Part shown: positions 1 through 13,625 of the stretch, in pieces
Position numbering within the stretch: the stretch's first letter is position 1
How the letters are laid out: the number at the start of each line of letters is the position of its first letter
Assembly (NCBI GenBank): GCA_030390025.1
Contig: CM059431.1
Span: 144,338,001 to 144,402,000, forward strand
DNA from: Squalus acanthias
Lineage: Eukaryota
DNA: 64,000 bases
Reading direction: 5' to 3'
The notes under the pieces: generated by a model
Databases searched by the model: none
Told to the model about the DNA's origin: nothing
The model's input: only the letters and a program-made list of their open reading frames with translations
Program-made: the position numbers and the translations under genes

Positions 1-19
1 TCCTTCCGTCCCTCTTCAT

Positions 20-800
20 CTAAGACTATCAGCATATCCTTCTATCCCTCTCTCCCTAAAGTGCTTATCTAGCTTCCCCTAAAATACAATTGTTATTCGC
101 TCAACCAATCCATGTGGTAGTGATTTTCACATTCCAACCACTCTCTGAGTTAAGAAGTTTCTCCTAAATTCCCTACTGATTGATTAGTAATATTTCTATA
201 TTTATGGCCCCTGGTTTTGGTCTCCCCTACAAGTGAAAACATTGTCTCCATATCAACACTTTCAAAACCCTTCATAATTTTAAAGACCTCTATTAGGCAA
301 CTCTCAGCTTTTTCTTTTCTAGAGTAAAGAGCCCCAGCTTGTTCAGTCTTTCCTGAAAATTATAACCTTTGAGTTCTAGTATCATCCTTGTTAATCTTTT
401 TTGCGCCTTCTCCATGCCTTTATAGCCTTTTTAAAAATACGGTGACCAGAACTGTGGACAGTACACAACGTGTGTTCTAGCCAAAGTTCAATCATTTTAA
501 ATGACTTCTCTGCTTTTCAAATCTAGAAATGAAGGCCGCGCTTTGTTTGAATTTGAAGGACGTATAAACCTGCGTCGTTACATTAGTGAGTTGTCTGTCG
601 GTATCCCATATCCTTTTACCACTTGTCTTTACCCCTATTAGGCTCTTATTATCCAAGGAGTGTGAGGCCTCCTTTTTCTTCCCATCAAAATACACCACCT
701 CACACTTATCTATATCGAAATTCATTTTCCCATTATGCAAGTTTATTAATATTTTATTTTAGTGTCTCACAGTCTTCGTCACTATTAAGTGCGACGCCCC
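20..800 (-). mobile_element. CR1 LINE 3' fragment (decayed)
   Basis: Minus-strand translation gives CR1 RT C-terminal motifs (MNFDIDKCEVVYF), followed by the typical CR1 3' UTR. Confidence 0.85.
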
Positions 801-849
801 CATCGCCCCGCCCCTAATTGTTGTCTTTGATTCTATGCTAATTTTAATA

Positions 850-1378
850 TATCTGCTGGAGTATTGCGTCCAATTCTGGGCACCACACTTTAGGAAAGAG
901 GGTACAGAAGAGGTTTACCAGAATGATACCAGGGATGAGAGACTTCAATTATGTGGAGAGACTAGCGAAGCTTGGGTTATTCTCCTTAGAGCAGAGAAGT
1001 TTAAGGGGAGATTCAATATATGTGTTAACATTTATGAGGCGTTTTGTTGGTGTGGATCCGGAAAAACTAATTCCAGTTGCAGGAGGATCGGTAACCAGAG
1101 GACACAGATATAAGATCATTGACAAAAGAACCAGAGGCGACAGGAGGAGAACGGTTTTACACAACGAGTTGTTACGATCTGGAAAGCTCTGCCTGAAAGG
1201 GTATTAGAAGTAGATAGAATAATAACTTTCAAAAGAGAATGAGATAAATAGTTGGAGGGGAAAACTTACCAGGGCTTTGGGGAAAGGGCAGGGGTAGTGG
1301 GACTAATTGGATAGATCGTTCAAAGAGCCAGCACAGGCCCGATGGGCCGAATGTCCTCCTTCTGTGCTGTACGATTCA
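850..1378 (+). mobile_element. CR1 LINE 3' end
   Basis: LEYCVQFWAPH, LGLFSLEQRSLRGD and TRGH motifs; 3' UTR ending ctgtgctgtacgattc. Confidence 0.9.
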
Positions 1379-1389
1379 ATTTCCTGTCA

Positions 1390-1830
1390 GCTGCAGTAGA
1401 GCGATAGGGGAACAAATTGATCAAACGACCCACTGAGGTTGGTAATGAGACACATTGTGGTGACAGATTAAGAGACAGGCTTCACTTTTATCCAGTTGTG
1501 GTCTATCTGACTGTGAGTGCTTGCATTCAGACGCTGGATCTCTAAAATTCCAGGTGTTCCAATCCCCAGCAGTATCGCTCACGTCGATTAACACAAGTAT
1601 CATAAGAAAATAGTATTTGTGAGTAACTATCGTTCATTAACCTTTTATAGTAATGAGCTAGCACACCAAGCAATTCACAGCCCAGTGAGGCTTTTGAAAA
1701 GCGATAGACAAGATTACATGGCTACAGTGCTGACCTGAATTGGTACATTTTATTCCCATATATAGTTTGGGTGTGACACAAGAAATGGAGATGGAATGGA
1801 TCAACGCCAGAAATGTATCTGAGACGGTGA
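1390..1830 (+). pseudogene. Endogenous hantavirid-like nucleocapsid (N) copy, internally deleted
   Basis: Collinear motifs over frameshifts, window vs recalled Hantaan N: GDRLRDR/GDHLKER; VVVYLT/IIVYLT; VSLTSINTSI/VSLPNAQSSM; FYSNELAHQAIHSPV (1643-1687)/LYPAQIKARQMISPV; IGTFYS/LGAFFS; TQEM..MDQR/TQSMGIQLDQR. Confidence 0.7.
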
Positions 1831-1889
1831 GAACAAACCCTTTTAAAAGCTGTACGAGATTTCAGTATCTAGATTCCTAATGCTAAAGC

Positions 1890-2275
1890 ATTGCAGCAGG
1901 CGGAGGCCACACAGTCCCTCTAGACTGTTGCGCCATTAATTCAGGTCGTGGCTGATCTGTACCTCAAGTCCAATTTCCGGCTTTAGCTCCCAATCCTTAC
2001 ACAACAAAAATCTATCCATCTCAGGCTTGAAAGCTCCAATTGACCCCCAGCATCCACAGCCTTTTGGGAGCGATATCGAGATTTCCACTACACTTTCTGT
2101 GAAATAGTGATTCCTGACATCACCCTCTGAACGTCGTAGCTCTAATGTTAAGATTATTTTCCTCGTTTTTGACTTCCCCACCTAGGGCGAAATAGCTAAT
2201 CCGTATCTACCATGACAAATCATTTTCACATTTCAAAAACCTTGATTAGATCACCGCGAATCCTTCTAGACTCAT
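1890..2275 (-). mobile_element. CR1 3' end fragment
   Basis: Minus ORF with SKTRK...RNHYFTESVVE, a decayed CR1 C-terminus, and the UTR. Confidence 0.7.
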
Positions 2276-2529
2276 GAGATTCCTTTCTGAGTTGTTTAAA
2301 GAATACATTCAACAAATGAGTTACAGATCTAGTAATCCAGAGGCCTGGATTAATAATCCAGTGAACGCGAGTTCAAATCCTAATGAGGTACTTTGAGATT
2401 TTGAAATTAGTTTGATAAATCTAGAAAAAAAATCACAGGTTCACTCATGTCCCTTTCGGCAAAGAAACCTTCGTCCTTAGCCGGATGGCCTAAATGTGAC
2501 TCTAGTTCCACACCAACAGCAAGAAAACC

Positions 2530-3215
2530 GTGCATTTATATAGCGTCTTTAATGTAGTAAAACGTCCCATGGCGCTGCACAAGAAAGTTATTGAAAAAAA
2601 TTTAAATCAAACCAAACCAAAATAAGTAGATATTAGGGCAGACAGCCAAAATCTTGATCAGAATTAGAGGCGAAAAGCAATTCAGAGAGGCGGAAAGAGA
2701 GGATTAGGGAGGAAATTCCAGAATTAGGCCCTGGGCAGCTGAAAGCACGGCCGTTAATGGTGGAGCGTTTAAAATCGTGGATGCACAAGAGACCAGAATT
2801 AGAGGAGTGCCGCAATCACGGATAGTGGTAGGACTGGAGAAGATTACAGAAATAAGGAGGGGTGCGGCCATGGAGGGATTTGAAAACAAGGATTTGTATT
2901 TTAAAATTGAGGCATTGCCAGACTGGCAGCGAATGTAGGTCAGCGAGCACATGGGAGGTGGGTGAACGGGACTTGTACGAGTCGGGACACTGGGAGCCGA
3001 GTTTTGGATGAGCTCCAGTTTATGCAGGGTGGAAGATGGGAGGCCGGCCAGGAAAGCATTGGAATAGTCGAGTCTAGAGGTAACAAAGGCACGGTTGAGG
3101 TCTCAGCAGCAGATGAGCAGAGGCAGGAGAAGCGTCAGGTGATAGCACAGAGGGGAAAGTAAATGGTCTTGGTGATGGAGCGGATAGGTGGGCGGAACCT
3201 GTTCTTGGTGTCAAA
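2530..3215 (-). mobile_element. L2-like LINE 3' fragment
   Basis: Minus-strand motifs STINGRAFS and LHSLPVWQ..FKI, typical of the L2 ORF2 C-terminus; similar copies at 15.3-15.8 kb and 27.0-27.6 kb. Confidence 0.7.
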
Positions 3216-3234
3216 CACTCAGTTCTATCCAAAA

Positions 3235-6110
3235 ATCATAGAATGGTTACAGCACGGAAGAAGGTCATTCGGCCCGTCGAGCCCGTGTCGGCTCTCTGCA
3301 AGAGCACATCAGCTAGTTCAGACACCCCGCCCTTTCCCCGTAGCACAGCATTTTTTTTCTTTTAGGTACTTATCCAACTCCCTTTTTGAAAGCACTGATT
3401 GAGTCTGCCTCCACCACCCTTTCAGACAGTGCATTCCAGATTATAAGCATTCGCTGCATAAAAATGTTTTTTGTTATGTCACCTTTGGTTGTTTTGCCAA
3501 TCACCTTAAGTCTGTGTCCTCTGGCCTCCACCCTTCTGTCAGTGGAAACAGTTTCTCTCTATCTACTCTGTCCAGACCCATCACGATTTTGAACACCTCT
3601 ATCAAATCTCCTCTCAACCTTCTCTACTCTAAGCAGAACAACCCTAGCTTCTCCAGTCTATCCACGTAACTGAAGTCCCTCATCCCTGGAATAAATATTG
3701 TAAATCTTTTCTACAGCCTCTGTAAGGTCCTCACATCATTCCTGAAGTGCGGTGCACAGAATTGCACACAATACTCCAGTTGAGGCAGAACCAGCGTTTT
3801 TTAAAGTTTCATCATAACTTCCTTGCTTTTGTATTCTATGCCTATATTAATGAAGCCCAGGATCCTGCATGCTTTTTTAAACTACTTTCTCAACCTGCCC
3901 TGCCACCTTCAATGATTTGTTCACATATACCGCCAAGTCTCGCAGTTCATGCACCCCCTTTAGGATTGTACCCTTTAGTTTATATTTCCTCTCATTCTTT
4001 CTAACAAAATGTATCACTTCGCAATTTTCTGCTTAAAATTTTATCTGCCACGTGTCTGCCAATTCCACCAGCCTGTCTATGTCCTCTTGAAGTCTATCAC
4101 TATCCTCCTCACTTTTCATACTTCCAAGTTTTGTTTCACTTGCAAATTTTGAAATTGTGCCCTATACACCCACATCCAAGTCATTAATATATATCAAGCA
4201 AAGCAGTGGTTCGAGAATGTACCCCTGGAGAACACCACTGTATATCTCCCTCCAGTCTGAAAAAAACAACCGTTCACCAATACTCTCTGTTTCCTGTCAC
4301 TTATCCAATTTCGTCTCCATGCTTCGACTGTCGCTTTTATTCCATGGGCTTCAATTTTTTTGGCAAGCCTATTATATGGCACCTTGTCGAACGCCTTTTG
4401 GAAATCCATGTACACCACGTCAACAACATTGCCCTCAGGAACCCTCTCTGTTACCTCATCAAAAAGCTCGATCAAGTTGGTTAAACAAGATTTGCCTTTG
4501 ACAAATCCGTGCTGGTTTTCCTTAATTAATCCAAACTTGTCCAAGTGGCTGTGAATGTTGTCCCTGATTACTGTTTCTAAAAGCTTCCCCAGTACCGAGG
4601 TTAAACTGACTGGCCTGTAGTTGCTGGGTTTATCTTTACACATTTTTTTGAACAAGGGTTGAACATTTGCAATTCCCCATTCCTCTGGCACCAGCCCCGT
4701 ATCTATGGAGGATTGGAAGATTTTGGCCAGTACAACTGCGATTTCTTCCTTCACGTCCATCATTATCAAAGGATGCATCCCATTTCCTGTTGACCTATCT
4801 ACTTTAGGTATAGACGGCCTTTCTAGTACTTCCTCTTTATCAATTTTTATCCCATCCAGTATATCCTCTACCTCCTCCTTCACTATGGCTATGGCAGTAA
4901 CTTCTTCCTTGTTGAAGATAGATGCAAAGTACTCATTTAGCATCTCGGCCATGACTCAGCCTCCATGTGTAGGTTTCCTTTTTGGTCCCTAATCGGCCCC
5001 ACCCCACCTCTTACTATCTGTCTACTATGTATATGCCTACAGAAGACTTTTGGATTACTTTTTATGTTATCTGCCATTCTATTCTCATACCCTCTCTTTG
5101 CCTTTCTTATTTTTTTTCACTTCTCCTCTGAGATTTCTATATTATACTGATTCTCAGATGTATTATCGACCTGACATCTGTCATACGCGCTCTTTTTCTG
5201 CTTCATCTTACTCTCTATCCCTTTCGTCATCCATGGAGCTCTGTCTTTATTTGGCCTACCTTTTCCCCTAGTGGGAAAGTACCTCGACTGTACCTGAATT
5301 ATTTCCTCTTTAAAGGCAGACCATTGCCCATTACAGTTTTGCCTGCCAATCTTTGATTCCAATTTACCCGGGCCAGATCCGTTCTCAGCCCACTGAAATT
5401 GGCCTTCCTCTAAATAAGTATTTTTACTCTAGAATGCTCCCTGTCCTTTCCCATAGCTAATCTAATCCTTATGATGCTATTATCACTTTTCCTTAAATGT
5501 TCCCCTACGGACACTTGCTCCACTTGACCCACCTCATTCCCAGGAACCAAATCCAGCAATGTCTCCTTCCTTGTAGGGCCGGTACTTATTGATCAAGAAA
5601 GTTCTCCCGAACACATATCAGTAATTCTTACCCCTCTCTGCCCTTTACACTATTACTATACGAGTCTATATTAGGATAGTTGAAGTCCCCCATTATCACT
5701 ACTTTATAGTTCTTGCATCTCTTTGTAATTTCTCTTCAAATTTGCTCCTCTGTACTTTCCCCACTATTTGGTGGTCTACAAAATACAGCTGGTAGTGTAA
5801 TGGCACCTCTATTCAATCTTAACTCTAGCCATATAGATTCTGTTCTTGACCCCTCCAGGACATCCTCGCTCTCCTGCACAGTAACATTCTCCTCAAACAA
5901 TACCGCCACACCACCTCCTATTTTTCATTCCCTCTCTTTCCTGAACACCTTATATCCAGGAATATTTAATATTCAATCCTGGCCTTTCTTGAGCCATGTC
6001 TCCGTTCTTGCCTCGATATCATATTCCCATGTGGCTATTTTCGCCTGCAGCTCACTATCCTTGTTTACTATAATTCGTGCGTTCACATACATAAACTGTA
6101 AACCTACCTC
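3235..6110 (-). mobile_element. CR1 LINE ORF2 (endonuclease + reverse transcriptase), disrupted
   Basis: ORF 4194-4952 contains NYRPVSLTS, NQHGF, SCLTNL and YMDFQKAFDKVP; endonuclease GDFN motif near 5680; 3' tail at about 3235. Confidence 0.95.
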
Positions 6111-6231
6111 AGACCAACATAACCACTACAAGCTGTTCAACAAGAAGGCCCACCAGCGCCTTCTCCAGGGCAACTAGGGATGGCCATTAAATATCGGCCT
6201 GACCAGCGACCTACATCGCGAGAATGAAAAA

Positions 6232-7050
6232 AAAGAAGTTCAACACCCATCTGAAAGGAGCAAGCAATCAGAATGACACGCGCTAATATTCGGAAGGCTG
6301 AAGTAACAAAGATCAGTCTCGGGGCGCCAGTGGCATTCGTCGCTGAACTGTAAAACTAGTGCGTGTCCTTGGTCTCCCAGTCCGATGTATCCTGTCCGTG
6401 GACTGACGGCGCTGATCGTGAGATTGCATCGATTGAACTGGTCGGAGACACACAGGATGGGGATGGGCAGCGGAGCAGCTTCCCCGGATTACAGGCCAGC
6501 CTGCAACCGATCCTCTGGCGAGCGGGTAGATGTCACGGAATATATTGACGCAAAGGTGAAGCTTTTCAGATATGCTGGAGATGAAGAGAACAGGAGAAGG
6601 ATATTTCCCACATTCAAAACTAATATCGAAAATGAAATAATCCCGAAATGACGACTAAAGGAGATATTAAACTCCCATATGCGGCATTTCTATAGAAAAT
6701 AATTTTAAGCAGCCGAATATCAAGGATAAGGTGTACCTTAAATCTTTCAGTCTTCTTGAGAGGCAATAACGGCATAATTCCTACAACAGAAAACTGCAAC
6801 AAAGCAGAACAAATCCATTTGAGAAAATCTTGCCTTGATCCGCTGTGTATCCGACTAAAACGCGGTCTGATTTACACTATATAAATTGATGTAGTTGTGG
6901 TGTTTGTATTGCAACATTTTGTGCTGTTTTGGTTGAGATTTAGCACTTCTGAAGAAGGAAACATCTTCTCATTTAGAGTTTCCAATTTCAGCCTCGCTCA
7001 CTGCTGCATACGGCGCTGGATGGAGAGCAAAGGTCAATGGTCCAATAAAG
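6232..7050 (+). pseudogene. Endogenous hantavirid-like N copy, near full span with deletions
   Basis: EQAIRMTRANIRKAE (6258-6302)/EQQLVTARQKLKDAE; GADREIASIEL/GNVLDVNSIDL; GDTQD/GQTAD; PILWRA/PILLKA; PTFKTNIENEIIP/PTAQSTMKADEITP; STSEE/GTSEE, all in N order (references recalled). Confidence 0.75.
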
Positions 7051-7159
7051 CATAACACTCTAGCTCAGCACAGAACTACAGAGGGGGGCAGCACAGAAGC
7101 AGGCCATACGGTCTCATGTGCCTGTGGCAGCTCATTACCAGAACCATCAAAAGTAATCA

Positions 7160-10100
7160 CTTTGTGCCGCACTCCCCATAGTCTTGTACCAATCCCATAT
7201 TAATCCCACTTCTCCTCTCACTCCCATAGCCCTGTATCAATCTCAAATTATTTCCACTGCTCCTCTCACTCCCATAGCCATGTATCAATCTCTAACTATT
7301 TCCACTGCTCCTCTCACTCCCATAGCCATGTATCAATCTCAAACTATTTCCACTGCTCCTCTCACTCCCATAGCCCTGTATTAATCCGAAACACAACCCT
7401 CTGCTCCTCTCACTCCCATAGCCCTGTATTAATCCGAAACAGAACCCTCTGTTCCTCTCACTCCCATAGCCCTGTATTAATCCCAAACTAAAGCCTCTGC
7501 TCCTCTCACTCCCATAGCCCTGTATTAATCCGGAACAGAACCCTCTGTTCCTCTCACTCCCATAGCCCTGTATCAATCCCAAACTAAAACCTCTGCTCCT
7601 CTCACTCCCATAGCCCTGTATTAATCCCAAACTAAACCCTCTGCTCCTCTCACTCCCATAGCCCTGTATTAATCCCAAACTAAAACCTCTGCTCCTCTCA
7701 CTCCCATAGCCCTGTATCAATCTCAAACTAAACCCTCTGCTCCTCTCACTCCCATAGCCCTGTATTAATCCCAAACTAATCCCGCTGCTCCTCTCACAAA
7801 CATAGCCCTGTATTAATCCCAAACTAAACCCTCTGCTCCTCTCACTCCCATAGCCCTGTATTAATCCCCAACTAAACCCTCTGCTCCACTCAATCCCATA
7901 GCCCTGTATTAATCCCAAACTAAAGCCTCTGCTCCTCTCACACACCTAACCCTGTATCAATCCCACTTATTCCACTGCCCCGCTCTCTCACATAGTCCTG
8001 TATTAATCCCAAACCAAAGCTACTGTCACGCTCTATCCCATAGACCTGTATTAATCCCAAACTAAATCCTCTGCTCCTCTCAATCCCATAGCCCTGTATT
8101 AATCTCAAACTAAACCCTCTACTCCTCTCACTCCCATAGCCCTGTATTAATGCCAAACTAAACTCCCATAGCCCTGTATTAATCCCCAACTAAACCTCTG
8201 CTCCACTCAATCCCATAGCCCTGTATTAATCTCAAACTAAACCCTCTACTCCTCTCACTCCCATAGCCCTGTATTAATGCCAAACTAAACCCTCTGCTCC
8301 ACTCAATCCCATAGCCCTGTATTAATCCCAAACTAAACCCTCTGCTCCTCTCACTCCCAGAGCCCTGTATTAATCCCAAACTAAACCATCTGCTCCACTC
8401 AATCCCATAGCCCTGTAATATTCCCAAACTAAACCACTGCTCCTCTCACTCCAATAGCCCTGTATTAAACGCAAACTAAAACCTCTGCTCCTCTCACTCC
8501 CATAGCCCTGTATTAATCCCAAACTAATCCCTCTGCTCCTCTCACTCACACAGCCCTGTATTAATCCCAAACTATTCACTCTGCTCCTCTCACTCCAAAT
8601 ACCCTGCAACAATCCCAAACTAAAACCTCTGATCCTCTCACTCACATAGCCCTGCAACAATCCCAAACTAAACCCTCTGATGCTCTCACTCACAAAGACT
8701 TGTATCAAAGCCAAACTAAATTCACTGCTCCTCTCACTCCCATAGCCCTGTATCAATCTCTAACTAATTCCTCTGCTCCTCTCACTCACATTGCCCTGCA
8801 ACAATCCCAAACTAATCCCTCTGCTCCTCTCACTCACATAGCCCTGCAACAATCCCAAACTAATCTCTCTGCTCCTCTTACTCACATAGACTTGTATCAA
8901 TGCCAAACTTAATCCACTGCTCCTCTCACACACCTAACCCTGTATCAAACCCACTTATACCAATGCCCCGCGCTCTCACATAGTCCTGCATCAATTGCAA
9001 ACCAAAGCTACTGCCACGCTCCATCCCATAGACCTGTATCAATCCCAAACTAATCCCACTGCCCCGCTCTCTCCCATAGTCCTGTATCATCACAAAGTAA
9101 TCACACTGCCCCGCTCTCTCCCATAATCCTGTATCAATCCCAAACTAAATCCACTGCCCCACTCTCCCACATAGTCCTGTGTCAATTGCAAAGTAAACCC
9201 GCTGCCCCGCTCTCTCCCATAGCTCTGTATCAATCCCAAACTAAACCCAATGCCCCGCTCTCTCACATAGTCCTGTATCAATCCGAAAGTAATCACACTG
9301 CCCTGCTCTCACCCATAATCCTGTATCAATCCCAAACTAAATCCACTGCCCCACTCTCCCACATAGTCCTGTATCAATTGCAAAGTAAACCCACTGCACC
9401 GCACTCTCCCATAGCTCTGTATCAATCCCAAACTAAACCCACTGCCACGCTCTCTCCCATAGTCCTGAATCAATCCCAAAATAATCTCGCTGTACCGCTC
9501 TCTGCCATAGTCCTGTATCAATTCCAAACTAACCCCACTGCTCAGCTATCCCCAGAACCCTGTATCAATCCCAAACTAAACCCAATACACCGCTCTCTTC
9601 CATACACCTGTATAAATTACAAAGTAAACATACTGCCCCGCTCTCCCCAGAGCCTTGTATCAATCCCAAACTAATACCACTGCCGAACTCTTTCCCCATA
9701 GCCCTGCATCAATCTCAAACAATTCACACTGTCCCGCTTTCTCCCATAGTTCTGTATCAGTCACAAACTAATCCCAGTTCCCCGGTCTCTCACATAGCCC
9801 TGCATCAATCACAAAGAATCCCACTATGACGCTCACCCTATCGCCTTGTTTCAATCACAATAAAAAACCCACTGCTCCATTCTGTCATCACAGTCCTGTA
9901 TCAATCCCAAACTAAACCCACTGCCCCGCTCTCTTGCATAGTCCTGTATCAGTCACAAATTAATCCCAGTTCTCGGCTCTCTCCCATAACCCAGTGTAAA
10001 TCCCCAAATTATCCCACTGTGCCGCTCTACTCCATAGCCTTGTATCAATTCTAAACTAAACCCACTACCCCACTGTCTCCTCATAGCCCTGTATCAGTCT

Positions 10101-10218
10101 CAAAATAATCCCACTGCCCTGCTCTCTCACCATAGTCCTGTATCAATCCCAAACTAATTCCACTGCTCCTCTCACTCCCATAGCCCTGTATCAATCCCAA
10201 ACTAATCCCACTGCCCCA
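7160..10218. repeat. 48-bp minisatellite, about 63 units, derived from the CR1 3' UTR
   Basis: Unit ctcactcccatagccctgtattaatcccaaactaaaccctctgctcct; 16-aa periodicity in the ORF track; the array starts inside a CR1 3' end at about 7075-7160. Confidence 0.95.
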
Positions 10219-10234
10219 CTCTCTCTCTCTCTCG

Positions 10235-10950
10235 CTGTAGATAAAGTGAATTAGTAACCTCCCGTGGTTATGTGAAATGTTGGGCTGCGCAGCGGCCACA
10301 GATAAATTCCTTTGAAACTCGCTATATTTGTTGGTAGATTTGATTACACCATCCGATGATCTTACTGATACAGGACTTTAAAGGCAAAGGGGAGCAGTCT
10401 GTCCATCATCACTATAAAGAAACCAAACAGAGATAATTATTCTCCTTACTGCAGAGTATTACCGGAATCTCAGACCACCATGGAATCCGTAATGGTAAAA
10501 GCCATCTATAGGGCATCACAATCACCGAGGTCGTACACAAGATGCTGATCACCAAACCAAGAAAAATTTGCAAAATCAGAGGATCAGAAACAAAACTAAT
10601 CAGGAGAATCAAAAATGAAGAGAGAAAGAGTTGAGATGGATTAGCAAACTCCCAATCGTCACATGAAGCGTCGGGCAGCCTGACTTGGCCATTTACTCGC
10701 TGGGGTGGGAAGTCAGTGGCGGGGAGAAACTGTTGTGTTAGAGTGCAATTGGGGACAGAAAATGCACGGTGGATTAAAATAAATTGTAATTTCTCCAAAA
10801 AAAGACAGATGGCAGACGATCACTTCATGAATGGGCTGCAGCAAAGAAACTGGCTCTCCAAAACTTAGTTAATGGGCAGTTAAATCTAAAATGTATTGAT
10901 AGCAAATCGGTGAAGGAGATAAGGGAATGGAGTTCCTACAATGTACCGGT
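10235..10950 (+). pseudogene. Two adjacent hantavirid-like N fragments
   Basis: IKKPNR/IRKPRH and LPESQTTM (10459-10482)/MPTAQSTM; then a new N-terminus: IGDRK..NKL*FL and KRQMAD (10800-10817)/LTDRE..KIDELKRQLAD; LNLKCID/LDLNHLD. Confidence 0.65.
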
Positions 10951-13340
10951 TTCCTTTCTAAACCAATATGTAAAAAGCCCAAGAAGGGATGATTCGATAT
11001 TGGATCTAGTAAAGGGGAATGAACCAGAGCAGTTAAGAAAAGTAAAAGTAGTGGAATCTAGGCAATAGTGACCAAAATATAAATAGCGTTAAGATAATAA
11101 TTGAGAAGGACATAGGTATGACAAAGACTAGGGTAATAGATTGGAGAAAAGCTGATTTTGAGGGGCTGAGAATAGCACTTGAGAAAATAAAATGGACAAT
11201 AGTATTAGCAAAAAATGATGTAGAACAGCAATGGGAAACATTTAAAAAGTTGTTCAACAGAGTCGAGGAAAAATATATTCTGCTAATAAACAAGAACAAG
11301 CTAAACACTAATGAGACACCGTGGATGAATAAAACCATGAGGGAAAATTTGAGGGTAAGGAACGAGGCATACATTTAGGACATGGACAGCAGGGACGAGC
11401 ATGATAAGGGAGAATATGACAGGATTAGGAGAGAAGTAAAAAAAATACAATTAGGAAGACAAAGAGGAACTATGATATTAAATTATCAAGGATATAAAAC
11501 AAAATAGGAAAATATTTTACAGGCACATGAATAAAAAGAGGAAGGTCATGATGGGAGTAGTGCCACTATGGATGGAAAGGATAATACCACAGGCAGCAAC
11601 AGAGGGATGGTAGAAATTTTAAATATTACTTTGCTTCAGTATTTACCAGAGAGATAGAACAGCTGGCGATGACATCCGATGATGAGATTAGTAATGAGTT
11701 AACTGCATTTTAAATACAACGAGGAGATATACTAAATAAATTAATGAAACTCAAAGGGCATAAAACCCCTGGTCTGGACAGGTTACATTCGCACATTTTA
11801 AAAGAATCTGGGGAGTAAATAGTAGAGGCATTAATACACATATTTATTAATTCGTTAGAAAAAAGCTGTAGTGCCAAATAACTAGCGGATAGTTAACGTA
11901 ATACCTATATTTTGGAAGGGGGGTTAGTACATGTCCAGGGAACTTTAAGCCAGTCAGCTCAACATCGGTGATAGGAAAAATAATGGAATTACTACTAAAG
12001 GAGAAAATAGAACAACATCTAGAAAATAAAAATATAATGATAGTCAGCATTGATTTCAAAAGTGAAAGGCTTGCTTGACCAACCTACTTGAATTGTTGAT
12101 GGGTAAAAGAGAGAGTAGACAGGGGTAATGTAGTAGATGTAATTTATCTAGATTTTCAAAAGGCCTTCGATAAGGTACCACATAATAGAATAATGTATAA
12201 GGTCAGCAAATGCGGAGTCAGGAGAAAAGTAGCAGAATGGATAGATAGCTGGCTTCAAGACAGAAAGCAGAGAGTAGGGGTAAAGGTTAGCTATTCATTG
12301 TGGCTGAAGGTGGGAAAAGGTATTCCACAAGGATCAGTGCTGGGACCACTATTCATTCCGAATTTGTATTAACGATTTAGACCTTGGAAACAAAAATACA
12401 GTTTCTAAATTGTTGGACGAAGCCGAATTGGGGGGTTAGTAAATACTGAGGAGGACTGCAACAAATTACAGGAGGTGATTAATAAACTTGCAGAATGGGC
12501 ATTTAATTGGCAAATGAAGTTCAACACAGATAAATGTGAGGTATTACAGTTTGGTATGAAAAATAGGGAGGTCACATATTACTTGGAAAATAAGCATCTA
12601 AATGGGGTGGAGGAGCACAGGGATCAAGGAGTACAAATACACAAATCACTAGAAGTATCGACACAGGTTAACAGGCCATAAAAATGCAAACGAAGCACTA
12701 GAGTTTATTTCTAGAGGGATTGAATTGAAAAGTAGAGAAGTTCTGCTAATCCTGTATCGAATCTTGTTTAGACCACACTTAAAGTACTGTGTGCAATTCC
12801 GTTCGCCATATTATAAAAAAAAGGATATAGTGCACTGGAGAGGGTGTAGAGAAGATTTACAAGGATTTTACCAGAAACGCGAGGGTACACCTATCAGGTA
12901 AGGATGAACAGGCTGGGTCTCTTTTCTCTTGAAAAGAGAACGCTGAGGGGTGGCCTAATAGAGGTGTTTAAATTCAGCAAATGTTTTGATAGAATATATA
13001 GCGAGAGAGTGTTTCACTTCTGCGGAAGAGCAAAACTACAGGCAATCAATATAAGAAAGTCACCAAGAAATCAATTAGGGAATTCAGAAGAAACTTCATT
13101 ACCCAGAGAGTGCTGAGAATGTGGAACTCGCTACCACAGGGAGTGGTTGAAGCGAATAGCATAGATGCATTGAAGGGGCGGTTAGATAAGCATATGAGGG
13201 AGAATGAAAAAACGGTTAAGCTGATAGGGTTAGATGAGGAAAGACGGGAGGATGCTCGAGTGAAGCATAAACACTGGCATAGACGGATTGGGCCGAATGG
13301 CCTGTCTCTGTGCTGTATATCCTATGTAATCCTATGTAAT
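10950..13340 (+). mobile_element. CR1 LINE ORF2, disrupted, with (tcctatgtaa)n tail
   Basis: FLNQYV, SDQNI, WRKADF, YLDFQKAFDKVP, PQGSVLGP and WNSLP motifs. Confidence 0.95.
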
Positions 13341-13341
13341 A

Positions 13342-13625
13342 GCAATGGGCACTAAGATTACAATTATGGACAGATACATCTACACTGTATTGATCGCATT
13401 TATATAGGATTGGGCACTTACATTACAATTATAAAGCAATGGACACATAAATCCACGACGAGTTGATAGCATTTGATATGAATGAGCACTTAGCTTACAA
13501 TTATATAGCAATGGACACAAAAATCTACAATGGCTTGATAAAATTTATATAGGAATGGGCACTAAAATCTACAAAGGATTCATAACGTTTGAATAGGAAT
13601 GGACACAACTATACAATGGATTGAG
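13342..13625. repeat. Degenerate tandem repeat with aatgg(g/a)cac core
   Basis: Core recurs about 7 times, spaced roughly 28 and 44 bp apart, with a variant first interval. Confidence 0.6.

Noticed and set aside
6250..6580. Ig-like motif CNLTISAV on -
   Set aside because: Lacks the other Ig hallmarks; the + strand gives many ordered hantavirid N motifs.
7184..9674. Long repetitive ORFs in the 48-bp array (and in the 33-bp array at 29.7-30.9 kb)
   Set aside because: Artefact of unit lengths divisible by three; no splice or start context.
7160..10218. CRISPR-like array
   Set aside because: Contiguous tandem units without unique spacers, in eukaryotic DNA with no cas genes.
10412..10798. Hydrophobic minus-strand ORF suggesting a transmembrane exon (PYD-TM protein)
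   Set aside because: No canonical AG at the expected place (CAA); it is the antisense of K/E/N-rich N-like sequence.
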